From NCBI GenBank assembly GCA_951406725.2, contig OX597815.1:100936001-101000000 (forward strand): a stretch of 64,000 bases of DNA, given 5' to 3'. This document shows, in pieces, positions 61,557 through 64,000 of this stretch. Within the stretch, counting starts at the first letter, position 1. Each line of letters opens with the position of its first letter. The DNA comes from Octopus vulgaris (lineage: Eukaryota). A model generated the notes under the pieces. That model had not been told where the DNA came from and did not search any database. It saw only the letters and a list, made by a program, of their open reading frames with translations. A program made the translations under genes and the position numbers.

Positions 61557-61646
61557 AAAAAGAAGGCGGCAAAGAAGAAGAAGAAGAAGAAGAAGAAGAA
61601 GAAGAAGAAGAAGAAGAAGAAGAAGAAGAAGAAGAAGAAGAAGAAG
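61521..61646. repeat. (AGT)n and (AAG)n trinucleotide repeats
   Basis: Direct inspection. Confidence 0.95.
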
Positions 61647-61728
61647 ATAGATGAATGAAAAAGGAAGGAGCGCTTGAACTGTGTGAGTATGTGTATGTAG
61701 TAAAAGGGAGGTATGTGAATGTTTGTGC

Positions 61729-61772
<44 letters not shown>

Positions 61773-62401
61773 GTTTAACAGGAAAGATACAACCTGCGAG
61801 CCAGACAACAACACCTGTCTAACAGCGTTACGGCAATCTCTGTCTTCGTCGCCACAATCATCTCTCTACGTACATAGCTCCTGCAACACCGCACAGGTTC
61901 TAACATAGCGCTGTTCGTGAATTACTTCATCATGGTTAAAAGCAAATATATAACCTGCGAGAACTCCTGTATCAAGTATCCCAGGCAGCAGCATTACAGC
62001 TACAACTTCGTACGACATGTACCGCAACCGGCTCTGCATTATCGCCACAACTTCTTGTTATAGTATTTCAATACCCGTGTACAATTGTCTACGAAATGGT
62101 ATTTCTTATTCTTGTGTCTATGAACATTCGTCTAACTTCTCATTATGGACACTCATTTTCTTCCTCATTGTTGTTCTTATATGTAGAACACGCATACATC
62201 CATGCACATACACATACACTTTGTTCTCATGACGGCCTGTTATTTATTCTGTATACATGACGTGCACGCTGACACGTTAAGCTGTCAAGCATCCTACTCG
62301 GTTGTGTGTCTCTCTCTTTTCCCCACTGGCACATTATATGTATTATTTCAGCCTTCTGAACGGAGCGTGCTATTCTACTGCACGTGGCGCGAGAGGCCAC
62401 A

Positions 62402-64000
62402 GTTCGAGTGAGGAAGCTAATTGCAAGAATTACGACAAAGTGAAGCAAAAGTTTCAGGAATTCTGTGAACCTAAGAAAAATCTGACGATCGAGAGACATG
62501 CATTTTTCATACAATCTCAGAAATTAGGAGAGACAATTGGTGAGTATGTTACAGATTTAAAGAATAAATCTAGAACTTGTGAGTTTGGGACATTGAAGGA
62601 TGGGCTCATTAAAGACAGAATCGTCTGTGAAATTCTTAGTGATAACCTCAGAATGCGGTTATTGAGAGAACATGATCTTGATTTGGAAAAAAATGTGCAG
62701 ATGTGTAGAGCTACAGAAGTAAGTGTAGACAATTGAAAGTTCTTAATGATGAACAGTCAACCATATCTAAAGAAATCAATGCCATGAATGCCAGTAGGGG
62801 TCAAAGAAGAAAGTATGGACCTAAAGGTAGAACAAAAGAATACCTTCAGTGTAGAGAGTGTGGTTACAAACATGCTAAAGACAAGTGTCTAGCTGCAGGA
62901 AAAGTTTGTGGCAAATGCAGTGGTAAACATCATTTTGACAGCTTGTGTAAAATTAGAATACCATCTAGGCTTGGCAGACAAGACACTAGAGAGAGAGAAA
63001 ACATTAAAATGTTCACACTGTTGACAATTTGAAGAATTTGAAGAATTATTCATTGGACAGATGACCACTGATAAAGGTGATGAAGACTGGTATGAGACTT
63101 TATTAATCAACAATAAACCAGTGAAAGTCAAACTGGATACAAGCGCACAGTGCAATATTATTTCCAAATCAATGTTCGACAGTTTGAATCTGAAGAATAA
63201 GGAACTGCCAAGATCAAAAGTGAAACTTGTATCATACTTCGAAGAAAAGTGATTCCCGCTTGGAAAGATAGAACTCTCAGTTTCATGTGAAATCAGTGGC
63301 ACTTTGAATGAAATACTTACTATTCCAGGTTGTGGAGGAAAACGATCAAGCATCCTGGGAAGAAAAACCTATGAGAAATTGAAGTTCGTACAGCGAGTTC
63401 ACAACATTCAGAAAGTGAATACAGACATTCTGGGAGAATATCCAGAGCTGTTCCAAGGACTCGGATGCATGTCTGGAGAACACCACATAGAATTAGTGGA
63501 CAAAATCACACCCGTGGTTCACTCGCCGAGAAAAGTACCCGCTGCTTTGATGGACAAGGTGCAAGCAGAATTTAATCGAATGACCAAGCTTGGAGTTGTC
63601 GTCCAAGTGACTCGACCCACAAACTGGGTGAATAGCATGGTGACAGTAGTGAAATAAAGCAAGATTAGGATCTGTATAGACCTAAAAGATCTCAATCGTG
63701 CCATAAAAAGAGAACATTATTCCATGAGAACTGTTGAGGAAATTATGTCACGAATGCCAGGTGCCAAGTTGTTCACCGTTCTTGACGCAGTCTGGATTTT
63801 GGCAGATGCAATTTGATGAAAGCAGTTCCAAATTGTGTACAGTCAGTACCCCGTTCGGTAGATACCGATTCACTCGACTACCTTTCGGAGTGAAGTCGGT
63901 GCCGGAGGTATTTTAGCGAACAATGTCACAGATCCTAGAAAGTTTATCAGGTAGAGAATGTATTGTTGGTAACATTTTGATTTGGGGTACAGATGTCAAA
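62402..64000 (+). mobile_element. Decayed Ty3/Gypsy (Mag-like) LTR retrotransposon: gag, protease, RT; runs off the window
   Basis: Gag ERHAFF..Q..GETI..YVTDL..CEFG..IKDRIV; knuckles CRECGYKH..C and CGKCSGKHHFDSLC; protease KLDTSAQCNII; RT WVNSMV, IRICID, GFWQ, TPFGRYRFTRLPFG; stops and frameshifts. Confidence 0.92.

Noticed and set aside
61775-62400. 5' LTR and primer-binding site of the Gypsy element
   Set aside because: No second LTR in the window, and TGGCGCGAGAGG could not be matched to a tRNA 3' end.

Overview
Eukaryotic, repeat-saturated DNA. The SINE/LINE repertoire and very long (TA)n tracts most resemble an Octopus-type cephalopod genome (inference). About a third of the window is TA/TACA microsatellite, and all of the long Y/I/M/C/H/T-rich ORFs in the track are artefacts of it. 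Real content: (1) an apparently intact CR1-group LINE (about 6577-12164) whose ORF1 combines a Myb/SANT-trihelix-like domain with a CCCH finger, plus five partial relatives; (2) decayed RTE LINE pieces, one with a PHD finger inside the RT; (3) many tRNA-derived SINEs, one family sharing its 3' stem-loop with the CR1-like LINE; (4) minimal hammerhead ribozyme motifs and fold-back structures typical of Penelope-like remnants; (5) Tigger/pogo, Merlin, Tc1 and Helitron remnants and a decayed Ty3/Gypsy element; (6) one intact non-TE-looking intronless ORF (50263-51417, minus strand) with a death-domain-like N-terminus and a C-terminal hydrophobic tail. All domain calls are by eye; no searches were run.
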